Shown in pieces: positions 1 to 10,106 of a stretch of 64,000 bases of DNA. The notes below the pieces were generated by a model. The model had not been told where the DNA came from, ran no database searches, and worked only from the letters and a program-made list of their open reading frames with translations. Every line of letters starts with the position of its first letter. Position 1 is the first letter of the stretch. The position numbers were made by a program, and so were the translations under genes. This DNA is from an uncultured Gemmatimonadaceae bacterium (lineage in GTDB: Bacteria; Gemmatimonadota; Gemmatimonadetes; Gemmatimonadales; Gemmatimonadaceae), in the NCBI GenBank assembly GCA_963740355.1, contig CAVUDW010000003.1, positions 2,016,001 through 2,080,000 of the forward strand, in the 5' to 3' direction.

Positions 1-87
1 GTGGGCGGGAACCACCTCTCGATGCTCGAGCCTCCGCACGTCGACGAATTGGCTGGTGTGCTGAACGGATGCTTGGCACGGGCCTGA
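1..87 (+). CDS. 3' end of a probable thioesterase-domain protein (partial, enters window)
   Basis: Frame 1 reads VGGNHLSMLEPPHVDELAGVLNGCLARA*, resembling the GxH-xx-M-L-xxP-x-V C-terminus of NRPS/PKS thioesterase domains; only 28 aa visible. Confidence 0.55.
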   Translation: MGGNHLSMLEPPHVDELAGVLNGCLARA

Positions 88-282
88 TGGCTTCGATCAG
101 GCTCCCGCTCCGGCGTGCCTCCAAGCAAGCTCATCTATACACTGGCGCGATGGCGCACACTCCGTCATAATTGCTGAGCCCGGCGCCGCGAGCCGGGCAT
201 TTTCGATGGGCGGGTGTGTTGCCCCGACGGTAGCTTCGTCGGCGAGCGCGTCCCTCCCGGCTCCTGTCTGGAGCACTCGGCA

Positions 283-2001
283 ATGTTGTCCCGATCGCGA
301 TCAGTGCTGCTCCTGCTCGTCGCTGCTGCCTGCGGTGGACCGAGCAAGGATCTTCCCACGACGCCGGCCGCAATCGGTCAGGCCCTCGGCGATGGCGCAA
401 ACCTGCGCCTCACCAGCGTCCAGTTCACACAATCGATTCAGGACGCAGAGAACTCGCTGCCACTGGTGGCGGGCGCACCCATCGCGGTCAACGTGCTCGT
501 GCAACGCAGCACCGAGAGCTCCGACGAAGTGCCGGTCGTGCTGCGGTTGTATCGCAATGGCACAGTCATTCGGGAAGACACGGCGCACACCGGCGGCATT
601 CTCAGTCGCTCGATCAATGAGGCTGCGCCGAGCGCACAATTTCTGATCCCGGCTAGCGTCGTCGTCGGCGGCGTGTCCTGGCAGGTCGAACTGGATCCTG
701 CGCGCACCGTGCCGGATTCGACGCGCGCCGACAATGTGCTGCCAGCGTCCGCACCGGCGGCGCTGAACATCGTTGCACTACCGCCGCTGCATGTGCGCCT
801 GGTGTCGATCGTGCTGGGCAACGACGATGACGCCGAGGGGCACGTGTCGGAGGCGAATGCCGAGAAGTACCTGAAGGTGCTTCGCCAGACGATGCCGACC
901 GGAACGATCTCGTATGCAATCGCGCGGCCCATCACGACAATGGCAAGCTTTGGCACGGCACCAACCGGTGGGGCGCCAAATTTCTGGATGAGCGTCTTGC
1001 AGGAAGTGGATGTGGCGCGCATGGTCAGTTCACTGCCGTCGGCATACTGGTATGGTGCTGTGACGCCGCCAGAAGGGTTCACGAAGTACACGAATGGCGG
1101 ATACGGCTACATCCCGTCGAACCCGACCGATGTCGGTGCCAGCACGCGATCGGCGGTCGGCTTCGGCGTCAGTGAGGCCGCATCGGCGAGTTTCGTGAGC
1201 AAGACGCTGGCGCACGAACTGGGGCACACCTTTGGTCGCGCACATGCGCCGTCGTGCAGCGCCTCTTCGCCGCTCGACGCACGATTCCCGAGTTCGAATG
1301 GCGTCATCCTCCTGCCAGGCTTCGATGTCTGGAGCTGGGCCAATGGCGAGGCGCGCAGCGCACTCTCGGTCAGCCGCACCACCGGTGACGTGATGGGCTA
1401 CTGCACCTCGGTGTGGAGCAGTGCCTACACGTGGAACGCGGTACTGCGCTGGCGTTTGGCAAGCGCAGGCCTCACTGCGCAAGTGATGCGTGAACCGGCC
1501 ATCATCGTGGCCGGCAGCGTCTCGGCCGACGGCGAGGTGTCGCTGCGACCGGCGCTCGAGGCGACCGTTGCCATCCCTGCCGCCAACGCCAGCGGTGACA
1601 TGACGGTCGAGCTGCGTGATGACGACGGCAATGTCCTTGGGCGGCAGCAAGTGGTGAGCGCCAGCGTCGACCATGGTACCGGTGCCCGCCATTTCCTTGC
1701 CATTCTTCCCGCTAGCGCCGCCGCCGGAGCACGCGTCATCGCCGCCACATCCCGCACGGGTCGCTCGGCAGCGATCCGCAGCACCGATGGCACGCCAGCC
1801 CTACAGATCCGCGCCCTGCCAGGTGGTCGCACGGAAGTCACGGCGTCAGCCGGCCGCGCCGTGATGCTGCGCGACGCCAACAGCGGCGAATTGCTCGGCA
1901 TCGGCTGGAACGGCCGAGTGGTCGTCCGCCATCACGGCGCCGTCTCAGCGTCCGTCAGCAACGGCATCCGCAGCCGCACCAACCTCGTCGTCCTGAAATA
2001 A
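283..2001 (+). CDS. Lipoprotein zinc metallopeptidase (metzincin, M66-like)
   Basis: Lipobox-like VAAAC after ATG 283; HELGHTFGRAH zinc motif; Met-turn-like DVMGY. Confidence 0.8.
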   Translation: MLSRSRSVLLLLVAAACGGPSKDLPTTPAAIGQALGDGANLRLTSVQFTQSIQDAENSLPLVAGAPIAVNVLVQRSTESSDEVPVVLRLYRNGTVIREDTAHTGGILSRSINEAAPSAQFLIPASVVVGGVSWQVELDPARTVPDSTRADNVLPASAPAALNIVALPPLHVRLVSIVLGNDDDAEGHVSEANAEKYLKVLRQTMPTGTISYAIARPITTMASFGTAPTGGAPNFWMSVLQEVDVARMVSSLPSAYWYGAVTPPEGFTKYTNGGYGYIPSNPTDVGASTRSAVGFGVSEAASASFVSKTLAHELGHTFGRAHAPSCSASSPLDARFPSSNGVILLPGFDVWSWANGEARSALSVSRTTGDVMGYCTSVWSSAYTWNAVLRWRLASAGLTAQVMREPAIIVAGSVSADGEVSLRPALEATVAIPAANASGDMTVELRDDDGNVLGRQQVVSASVDHGTGARHFLAILPASAAAGARVIAATSRTGRSAAIRSTDGTPALQIRALPGGRTEVTASAGRAVMLRDANSGELLGIGWNGRVVVRHHGAVSASVSNGIRSRTNLVVLK

Positions 2002-2002
2002 C

Positions 2003-2159
2003 GAAATCCGGTGACAGTGCACTCATTCTGGGAAATCCGGTGACAGTGCACTCATTTCGGTCACGTGCGAACGTTCGGCGCAAACAAAACCGGTGACAGT
2101 GCACTCAAATCTGCGATTTGAGTGCACTGTCACCGGTTTTCGGTCTGTCCCCGGATTTC
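2003..2159. repeat. REP-like palindromic repeat cluster (ccggtgacagtgcactca x4)
   Basis: Direct copies gaaatccggtgacagtgcactcatt at 2003 and 2032; perfect 26-bp inverted pair 2086-2111/2115-2140; lies between convergent genes. Confidence 0.85.
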
Positions 2160-2193
2160 GGTCCGGACTAAGCGCGCTGACGCGACGCGTACA

Positions 2194-3612
2194 TCAAGGG
2201 CGGCGCAGACCCTCGTTACGGTTGCCGCCCTGCAGCAGGGTCATCTTGGTCGACTTGCCATCCACCACCGTGAAGCTGATGCGCACCGCCGGGTCGAAGC
2301 TGGCGGCGAAGGTGTGATTGCCCATCGGGATCATCTCGATCGGGCCCTGCCCTTCCAGCGTGCCGGTGATCTTGCCGTCCTTCTCGGCCACCGTGAACGC
2401 GCGTGTGGCGTCGAGGACGAGGTCGTACACGCCGGCGTAGACACGCAACTCGGCCGCCGTGATCGCCACCGCCTTCGGCGGCTGCTCGAGCGGAATGCCC
2501 AGCGCTGCACGCGCGAGCTGCAGCGCGACACGACCGGGATCGGTGGCGTCACCGTTCGTGAGTACCGTCACCGACAGCTGCGCATCGGGGATGTACATGT
2601 TGGCCGTCAGCGCGCCGTTGATGCCACCACTGTGCGACAACATCAAGTGCCCGCCCAGATCCCCTCGTCCCATACCGAACCCATAATGACGCGGCTCGGC
2701 CGATCCGACTGGTGTGATCATCGCGGTGTAGCTGGCCGGCTTGAGCACCTTGCCGCCGTGCAAGGCACGGTTCCATGTCAGCAGGTCGCCGATCGTCGAG
2801 CACATGGCACCGGCGGCGTGTGGTTGCGACATGGCGAGGAAGGCCGTGTTCTCCCACGTGTCGTTGGCCGCCTTCGAGTAGCCCGAGGCACGGTCCGGGA
2901 TCACCGCTGCCGTGGCACAGTACCGCGTGCGTGACAGTCCAAGCGGCTTGAAGAAGCGGGCCGTGAAGTCGTCACCCCAGCTGCGCCCGGCACGAGCCTC
3001 GACGAGCATGCCAAGCAACACATAGCCGGTGTTGTTGTACTTCCAGGACGTGCCAGCGGGATAGCTGAACGGCTTGTCCGCCGTCAGCGCCACCAGTTCG
3101 GCGCCGGTCATTTCTTCGCCCCACCGCTTCACCCATGTCGGACCGAGCTCGGTGTAGCTCGGAATGCCCGAGGTGTGATTCAGCAGTTGCTGCACCGTCA
3201 CGCCGCGCCAGGTCACTGGCAGATTCGGCACCCATTGGCCGATCGTATCGGTGAGCGCCAGCTTGCCCTCCTCGATCAGCTGCAGCACCGCCGAGCTGGT
3301 GAACTGCTTCGTCACCGAGCCGATACGGAACACGGTGTTCACCGTCGCGGGCGTGCCGAGTTCGAGGTTCGACTTGCCGTAGGCCCGGAAGAGCAACGTG
3401 TCGTTGCCGCGGACGACGGCAATCGCGGTGCCCGGCACAGTGTTCGCCACCGCAAAATCAGCGGCGAGGGAATCGAGCACGCGCCTGACCTGCGCAGGCT
3501 TCGGCAGCGTTGACGACTGAGCAACGCCCGACGACGGAAAGACAGCAACCAGCAGGGCGCTGGCGACGAACCGGGGACCAATCACTCGACCTCCTCGAGA
3601 CAGTGACACCAC
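2194..3612 (-). CDS. Exported serine hydrolase, beta-lactamase/class C-like
   Basis: SxxK (GSVTKQF), LLNHTSG, YNN, HSG motifs; signal peptide; exact start uncertain. Confidence 0.88.
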   Translation of the reverse strand: MVSLSRGGRVIGPRFVASALLVAVFPSSGVAQSSTLPKPAQVRRVLDSLAADFAVANTVPGTAIAVVRGNDTLLFRAYGKSNLELGTPATVNTVFRIGSVTKQFTSSAVLQLIEEGKLALTDTIGQWVPNLPVTWRGVTVQQLLNHTSGIPSYTELGPTWVKRWGEEMTGAELVALTADKPFSYPAGTSWKYNNTGYVLLGMLVEARAGRSWGDDFTARFFKPLGLSRTRYCATAAVIPDRASGYSKAANDTWENTAFLAMSQPHAAGAMCSTIGDLLTWNRALHGGKVLKPASYTAMITPVGSAEPRHYGFGMGRGDLGGHLMLSHSGGINGALTANMYIPDAQLSVTVLTNGDATDPGRVALQLARAALGIPLEQPPKAVAITAAELRVYAGVYDLVLDATRAFTVAEKDGKITGTLEGQGPIEMIPMGNHTFAASFDPAVRISFTVVDGKSTKMTLLQGGNRNEGLRRP

Positions 3613-3661
3613 ATGGCAGTTTCCGACATACGATGCGTTCAGGCGTCAGTTTCGACTGGCA

Positions 3662-4684
3662 CTAGTTGCCCTGCGGCAAACACGGCGACATCGCACTCCT
3701 GGCCGTCTTCGGGTCGCCGATGATGCGATAGAAATCCGCGAAATAGTCGAGCGTGACACGCTTGCGCCGAGCGTCCAAGGCGGGCAGTGAGGCGTAGATG
3801 GCCTCGATGCGCGGGCGGGCGGCGATGAATCGCGCAAAGATCGGCTGCCACTCCTCGATCGGCTTGCACGGTCCGCGGTAGAGGCGGTCGGTCGTGCTGC
3901 GGATGTTGAGGCGCGCATCGGGAAACGAGTAGCGGGCATTCACGGCGCCGCTCCAGTCGAAGTCGAAGGCGACAGTATGTATGCCGCCGACGGAATCCTG
4001 CATCAGCGACACGTTGTGCAAGCCGGAGATCGACCAGTCGGTATTCGCCACCATGAACTCGAAGAGCGATGTGATCGCGAGCTGTGTCGGTTCGAGGTCG
4101 CGGAACATCGCGCCATGACTTTCGAGGAGGTTGAGGCCGAACTTCTTCGCGACCTCCTTGTCATCCTCGATGAAGAATGCCCATGACACCACGTCGTCCA
4201 TGCCACGCGAGGTGTCGTGATACGTGATGCGCGCCAGTCGCGTCCGGAAGTAGTTCGGGCTCACCGCCTGGTATGCCCGATAAAGCGCGTACTCGGCGAG
4301 GATGTACTCCTCATACTCCGCCGTGCCGGGGCGACAGTTGGTGGTGATCTTGAGGTCGGAGTTGCCCTGGAACAGCGTCTCGCGTGCATCCTTGCGCTCG
4401 AACTCGAGCTTCAACGGCGGGAAGCCGCAGTTGCGCGCCTGGCGGCGAAAGTGGCCGCGCGCTCGCAGCGTGACCGGAAAGGTCTTCGTGGTTCCGTTGG
4501 CCTCGCGATACGTCAGCGTCGCCGGATGTGGCTGGAACTTCGTGCTGTCGCGATCGCGGATCACGGCCTTCAACTCGGTGTTGATCGTGACGTCGAGCAC
4601 CGTGGTGTCACGAAACAGTCCCTGCGCCTGGACTTCGAGCGCACCGAGCATCGACAGGCCGATCACGATTGCTTTTCCAATCAT
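3662..4684 (-). CDS. Exported protein, CotH-like atypical kinase fold (tentative)
   Basis: Signal peptide; RARGHFRR, FPPLKL, EYALYRAY, NTDW..HN, FDFDWSG motifs reminiscent of CotH kinases; overlaps upstream gene stop (ATGA). Confidence 0.55.
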   Translation of the reverse strand: MIGKAIVIGLSMLGALEVQAQGLFRDTTVLDVTINTELKAVIRDRDSTKFQPHPATLTYREANGTTKTFPVTLRARGHFRRQARNCGFPPLKLEFERKDARETLFQGNSDLKITTNCRPGTAEYEEYILAEYALYRAYQAVSPNYFRTRLARITYHDTSRGMDDVVSWAFFIEDDKEVAKKFGLNLLESHGAMFRDLEPTQLAITSLFEFMVANTDWSISGLHNVSLMQDSVGGIHTVAFDFDWSGAVNARYSFPDARLNIRSTTDRLYRGPCKPIEEWQPIFARFIAARPRIEAIYASLPALDARRKRVTLDYFADFYRIIGDPKTARSAMSPCLPQGN

Positions 4685-5700
4685 CGCTTCATCTCCACGT
4701 TGCGGACATCTCCACGCGGCAAGCTGCGCAACACCGCGTTGACGGTGCCTGGTGTCACGTTCTCCGCCATTGCAATGCCATACTCGAGGATCCGCAGCCC
4801 TTCTGGGCTCTTCGCCTTGCCCATGTATTTCCAGCGCACGAAAAGCTCGTTGAACTCTGCCTCGCAGGCCGTGCGCGTACCCTCGATGTCCGAGGTGTGA
4901 ATGCGCAGCATGTGCGTGTAGTCCGGGCGTTCGTCCTCGGCCGCATCCGGTGCATTGCGCTTGCGACGACGCCAGGCGCGATCAGCCAGGGCCTCGAGCT
5001 GCTCAGGCGCCAGGTCCTTCAGAACTTCGTCATCCAGCTTCGCGACGAACATGCCCGTGCGGTTCGCATCCTGCAGCACGCGCTCCAGACGCTGACCGGC
5101 CTGCCGCCCCTCGAGCGCTGGGGCACGGCCGAAATCGGAGTACCAGAGCCACAGAATGAGCACGTTGAACATGATCGAGATGGCGAATGCCACCTGTGGC
5201 TCGACGGCCGCAGCCAATCCGATGCCAGTCACCACGAACACGTTCACCGCGTCCTTGCTGTCATCGAGCGTAGTGCGGAATCGCACCGCAGCGACGATGC
5301 CGCCGAGCGAGAAGGCGAGCGGCAGCGAGTGCTTCACCAGCACGACGATGCTGGCGACGATGACCGGCAGGATGATGAAGGTCTGCACGACCGACTGCTG
5401 GTATCCCTTCTTGTGGCGCGTGAAGGTGTACATCCAGGCTACCGGCAAGGCGGTGGCGAAGGCGGCGGCCATGGCGATCACGGTCGGGATCAGCGCCGGT
5501 CCGGCTTCCTGCCCATTGGACAGGATTTGGCTCTTGCCGCCACCGCCAGTGAGTTCCGAGAGTGTTTCCTGACGCAGCACGCCCCATGTCGTCGGTGCGT
5601 ACTCCCGCACCAGCCACCAGGCGAGCGCCGTGGCGGCGTACCAGACGACGCTGCGCAGGACGACGCGTAGCAGGGGGCGTTGTGCGTCGCGCTCGATCAT
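4681..5700 (-). CDS. DUF4956-family membrane protein
   Basis: Multiple TM segments; LAFSLGGIVAAVRFRTTLDDSKD signature; start placed at MIERDAQ. Confidence 0.8.
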   Translation of the reverse strand: MIERDAQRPLLRVVLRSVVWYAATALAWWLVREYAPTTWGVLRQETLSELTGGGGKSQILSNGQEAGPALIPTVIAMAAAFATALPVAWMYTFTRHKKGYQQSVVQTFIILPVIVASIVVLVKHSLPLAFSLGGIVAAVRFRTTLDDSKDAVNVFVVTGIGLAAAVEPQVAFAISIMFNVLILWLWYSDFGRAPALEGRQAGQRLERVLQDANRTGMFVAKLDDEVLKDLAPEQLEALADRAWRRRKRNAPDAAEDERPDYTHMLRIHTSDIEGTRTACEAEFNELFVRWKYMGKAKSPEGLRILEYGIAMAENVTPGTVNAVLRSLPRGDVRNVEMKR

Positions 5701-5870
5701 CGAACTCACAGGGCAGGAGTGGATGGGACCGATCGAAGCTGCGGCCTCGACCGGCGGAGGGCAACCGCGCCACGTCGCCGTTCGGCCGAAAGCCTTCGGC
5801 ACATCTGGCACGATGCAGGCGGAGGCGCTCCGCCGCAGCATTCCTACGCCACGTGGCGTACAGTTGTGAC

Positions 5871-7496
5871 ATGACCCGCCGATTGATTGCGGCCGCCTTT
5901 GCGGTCCCCGTCCTGGCCGGCTTGACCGCCTGCGCCAGCGCCCCCTCGACCGGTGCGCCCGCGTCGACATCCGCGCGCCCCGTCGCCGCGAAACCCACGT
6001 TGGTCGTGTTCATCACGATCGACCAGCTCCGTGGCGACTATTTCGCCCGCTTCGGCAAGCAGTTCACTGGCGGTCTCCATCGTTTCGACGTCGCCGGTGC
6101 GCAGTTCACGCGGGCCTACCAGGACCACGCGAACACCGAGACTGCGCCGGGCCATGCGTCGACGATGTCCGGCCGATTCCCGGTCCACACGGGTATCGCC
6201 GCCAACTCGGCCGGCGTGGGTGATCCCAATAGCCCACTGATCGGGTCGGCCGATCCTGGCGCATCACCGTTTCGTTTTCGCGGCACCACCCTGCTCGATT
6301 GGATGAAGGCGAAGGATGGCTCGACCCGGTTCCTCTCGGTATCGCGCAAGGATCGCGCGGCCATCCTGCCGATCGGCAAGTCGAAGGGCAACGTCTACTG
6401 GTACGCCAGCAACGGCACGTTCACGCAGAGTGCGTACTACGGCAGCGAGTTGCCGAAGTGGGTGACGGAGTTCAACAAGAAGCAGCATCCGCTGGACTAC
6501 GCCGGCACCACCTGGACACCACTGCTCCCCGATGCGGCCTATCCAGAGGTGGATAGCGTGCCGGCCGAAGCGCAGGGCAAGAACTTCATGTTCCCGCACC
6601 CGATTCCAGAAGACCCGACGCAGGCGGCAGGGACGTTGGCGAACTACCCGATGATGGATGAGTTGACGCTCAAGTTCGCGCTTGCAGGGCTGCAGCAGCT
6701 GGAACTGGGAGCCAATCCGCGCCGCACCGACCTGCTCAACATCTCGCTTTCCAGCACCGACGCCATCGGACACCGCTATGGCCCGGACTCGAAGGAGCTG
6801 CACGATCAGCTGTTGCGCGTGGACCGATACCTGGGTGCGTTCATCGACTCACTGTTCGCGATTCGCGACTCGACGCACATCATCCTCACGTTGACGGGCG
6901 ACCACGGCATGTCGCCGTTCCCGAACATCCTCTCGACGGTGACGCCGAATCCGGGTGCCCGCTTCGTCGATCTGGAGCCAACGTTCAAGGCGACGCTGGT
7001 CAGCCTCGCGGCGGCGGGTGTGGACACGAACCAGGTGGCGCTCGACGACGGGGCATTCTACGTCGGCGACACGACGTCATTCGTGAAGGCGAGGCTCTCG
7101 GTCGACAGCGTGGCCCGTGCGTTCGCGGCCCAGTTGCGCGCGGTGCCGGGGGTCAACCGTGTCGACATGTTGTCCGACCTGGCCAAGGCCGACACGGTGT
7201 CTGACGTGATCGCGATGCGCTGGTTGCACATGTTCGCCCCCGGCGGCGTGGTGCGCTTCGTGACCACACTCGATCGCTACAACTACTCCGCCGGCGTGAC
7301 GTATGCCACCCACGGTTCACCGTGGGACCAGGACGCGTGGGTCCCGGTGATTTTCTGGGGCGCACCATTCGCGCCCGGCAAATACGACACCCGCGCCCGC
7401 GTCGTCGACATGGCCCCGACCCTCGCGGACGTCCTCGGCATCCCCCCGCTCGAAAAACTCGACGGCGTCGTGCTGCGGCAGGCGGAGCGGCGCTAG
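5871..7496 (+). CDS. Alkaline phosphatase superfamily lipoprotein (PafA-like)
   Basis: Lipobox LTAC; ITIDQLR, TETAPGH (Thr nucleophile), SRKDR, DAIGH, TGDHG, THGS motifs. Confidence 0.88.
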   Translation: MTRRLIAAAFAVPVLAGLTACASAPSTGAPASTSARPVAAKPTLVVFITIDQLRGDYFARFGKQFTGGLHRFDVAGAQFTRAYQDHANTETAPGHASTMSGRFPVHTGIAANSAGVGDPNSPLIGSADPGASPFRFRGTTLLDWMKAKDGSTRFLSVSRKDRAAILPIGKSKGNVYWYASNGTFTQSAYYGSELPKWVTEFNKKQHPLDYAGTTWTPLLPDAAYPEVDSVPAEAQGKNFMFPHPIPEDPTQAAGTLANYPMMDELTLKFALAGLQQLELGANPRRTDLLNISLSSTDAIGHRYGPDSKELHDQLLRVDRYLGAFIDSLFAIRDSTHIILTLTGDHGMSPFPNILSTVTPNPGARFVDLEPTFKATLVSLAAAGVDTNQVALDDGAFYVGDTTSFVKARLSVDSVARAFAAQLRAVPGVNRVDMLSDLAKADTVSDVIAMRWLHMFAPGGVVRFVTTLDRYNYSAGVTYATHGSPWDQDAWVPVIFWGAPFAPGKYDTRARVVDMAPTLADVLGIPPLEKLDGVVLRQAERR

Positions 7497-7509
7497 AGCA
7501 GTTCACAAA

Positions 7510-7800
7510 CCGGCAACTGCAAGGGCAACGGCCTCATCGCAAAACGGCAAGCGGATAGGGCAACAGCCGCAAAACTGCCACTGCAAATCGCAGAGTCGCC
7601 AAGGCGCAGATGGCGCAGAGAACTGCAACAGCAATGGTAAAGGGCCTTGGATGCGGGTGGTCGGTGGGCGAGGTGTTCCAAAAGAATATCGGCTGAGTCG
7701 CTGCGCGAACAAAAACATCGCGCTAGCAGTTTTGCGGCCGTCTGCAGTTTTGCGGCTGTCGTCGTACCCCTGTCAGCAGTTTTGCGACACGGCAGTTGCA
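7510..7800. repeat. Imperfect long inverted-repeat intergenic element (aactgc / gcagtt units)
   Basis: Perfect 16-bp inverted pair acagccgcaaaactgc 7563-7578 / gcagttttgcggctgt 7744-7759; several aactgc copies on the left and gcagtt copies on the right; between convergent genes. Confidence 0.65.
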
Positions 7801-7824
7801 CTTCTGGCATCACCCTGAGAGCGA

Positions 7825-9870
7825 TCACGGAACAGCACGAATGCGAATGGCTTGGCCGCCGCCTGCGGCGAGCGCGATGTGGAGGCGGGTGGTAGAGGTC
7901 ACGGGACGTGAGGAGATGGTGACGGGAAGCGGGTTCGAAAGCCAGTTCGCGCCAGGGCCATCGGCATACACCTCGGCGATGTAGCGCGTCCCCGGCGTCA
8001 GGAAATTGAGCGGGATATCGAACGAGCGCGGCCTTTCGTCACTGATTGCGCCGATATACCAGTTCTGGGCGCCGCGTTCCTTGCGGGCGACGATGACGAA
8101 ATCGCCTATCTGGCCATCGATCACACGCGTCGTGTCCCAGTCCACGGGCACGTCGCGGATGAACTGGAAGGCAGGCTGGTCGGCGTAGTTCTCGACCAGG
8201 TCGGCCGCCATCTGCACCGGTGAATAGAGCACCACGTACAGCGCGAGTTGCTTCGCGAGTGTGGTGCGAACACGCGGCTGGTCGGGGGTGCGCGGCACAC
8301 CGGTGGGGCGCTTGAGCAGGATGTCGAAGACGCCTGGGGTGTAGTCGAGTGGGCCAGCCAGCAATCGCGTGAAGAAGAGCACCGTTTCGTGCTCGGGGAT
8401 GTTCCCGCCATCCGGGCCGCCGGCATTGTACTCCATGCCACGGGCCCCTTCCCGACTGACGAAGTTCGGCCAGGTGCGACGCTCGCCAGTGTCCTTGATC
8501 GGCTCGTGAGCATTCACCGTGATGCCGTAGCGCGCGGCCGTTTCGACGACTTTCCGGAAGTGCCGCACCATGAACTGGCCGGAATGTGAGTGACCTGCCT
8601 TGGTGGTGTCGTTCACGTAGCCAGTCTTGATGTTCGTGACACCAAGCGAGCGATAGAGTGCGAAGGCGCTGTCGAGCTGGCGCTCGTAGTTCTCCGTCGC
8701 CATCGCGGTCTCGTTGTGCATGATCAACTCGACACCCTTCGACTTCGCGTATGCTGCCACCGCTGGCAGGTCGTAGTCGGGATAGGCCTGCGTGAAGGAA
8801 AACTTCTCGCCGTTGCCGATCCAGTCGCCGTCCCAGCCCACGTTCCACCCTTCGGCGAGGAAGCCACCAAGCTTATTGGCCGCCGCGAAGTCGATGTAGC
8901 GCTTCGCATTCTCGGTGGTGGCGCCATGCTTCGGGCCAGAGGGCCAGGTGTAGAGTCCCGCGTGCATGCCCCACCAGATGCCGACGTACTTCATCGGCTT
9001 GATCCAGCTCGTGTTCGCGATCGCGCTCGGCGGGTTGAGATTGAGCCCGATCACCGACGGCACCAGGTCAGCCGCGCGGTCCGCCAGCTGAATCGTGCGC
9101 CACGGTGTCAGAAACGGCGTCTGTCCGCGCACCTTCACTCCGTCAGCCCACGGCGCGAGCGACGGGCGCAACGTGCGCTCTCCCACGCGCGCGAGGTCCA
9201 TCGCTGCGTAGTCGGTCAGCGCCGCTTCGTGAATCACCACATGCACGCCATTGTTCATAACCATCGTCAACGGCGTGTGCACTGTGTCGATCATGCTCAG
9301 CGGCGCATTGCCGAACAGGAATTCGTAGCGATCCATCGCCGGCCGATTGGCCGGGATCGACCAGACGTGTGCGTTGTCGGCCAACGTGAATTCCGTCAAC
9401 TCGTCCATGATCTGGAAGTTGCGGAGTGGAGTCTGCTCGGTCAGTTCGTACCGGAAGCCGACGCCGTCGTTGAAGGCGCGGAAGATCACCAGGTATTGCC
9501 GCCCGGTGGCCGACGATTCCGTGACCAGTACGCTGAGCTGGCGATAGTGATCACGCACCCGCGTCACCTCGCCCCACGGTTGCGTCCAGGTGTTGTCGGC
9601 CGAATCACGACTCGACTGGGTGATCCGCACACTGTCGCGCAGGGCAGGACCGTCACGAAACTGAAAGCCGAGTCGCGAGGGGGTAATCACGGCCACGCCG
9701 TTGCGACTGATGGCATAGGTCAGCGCGCCGTTCTGCAGTGCTACCGTGACCACGTTCTGGCCATCCGGTGATCGAAGCTGCAAGGGCGCTTGTGACTGTG
9801 CGTGCGCCTTCGTAACGGGTGTCGCCAGCGCGAACGCGCCCAGCGCCATCGCTGCGCGGATCCGCAGCAT
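7825..9870 (-). CDS. Glycoside hydrolase family 97 (alpha-glucosidase-like)
   Basis: SWIKPMKYVGIWW, YIDFAA, MHNET, NAHE, SREGARGMEY, GPLDYTPG motifs; signal peptide. Confidence 0.92.
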   Translation of the reverse strand: MLRIRAAMALGAFALATPVTKAHAQSQAPLQLRSPDGQNVVTVALQNGALTYAISRNGVAVITPSRLGFQFRDGPALRDSVRITQSSRDSADNTWTQPWGEVTRVRDHYRQLSVLVTESSATGRQYLVIFRAFNDGVGFRYELTEQTPLRNFQIMDELTEFTLADNAHVWSIPANRPAMDRYEFLFGNAPLSMIDTVHTPLTMVMNNGVHVVIHEAALTDYAAMDLARVGERTLRPSLAPWADGVKVRGQTPFLTPWRTIQLADRAADLVPSVIGLNLNPPSAIANTSWIKPMKYVGIWWGMHAGLYTWPSGPKHGATTENAKRYIDFAAANKLGGFLAEGWNVGWDGDWIGNGEKFSFTQAYPDYDLPAVAAYAKSKGVELIMHNETAMATENYERQLDSAFALYRSLGVTNIKTGYVNDTTKAGHSHSGQFMVRHFRKVVETAARYGITVNAHEPIKDTGERRTWPNFVSREGARGMEYNAGGPDGGNIPEHETVLFFTRLLAGPLDYTPGVFDILLKRPTGVPRTPDQPRVRTTLAKQLALYVVLYSPVQMAADLVENYADQPAFQFIRDVPVDWDTTRVIDGQIGDFVIVARKERGAQNWYIGAISDERPRSFDIPLNFLTPGTRYIAEVYADGPGANWLSNPLPVTISSRPVTSTTRLHIALAAGGGQAIRIRAVP

Positions 9871-10106
9871 CACGCTCCGTCGCCGCCGACGGGGTCGCAG
9901 ACAAGCGTCCTGACACTGCGAAATTGTCTTGGGCACGGGTGTGTCACGCATTGGTCCTGTCGCTGCTGGGGTCCGAGGGTCACAATGGGTTCCGCGTGGT
10001 CCGCCACGCTGGACTCCCTGCGCCCGGCTGCTATTTCTCCACTGTCCTGCGGCCAAGCATATCGCCGCCCGCAGGTGCACTGAAGCCCACTCCGGCCCCA
10101 CCTGCC

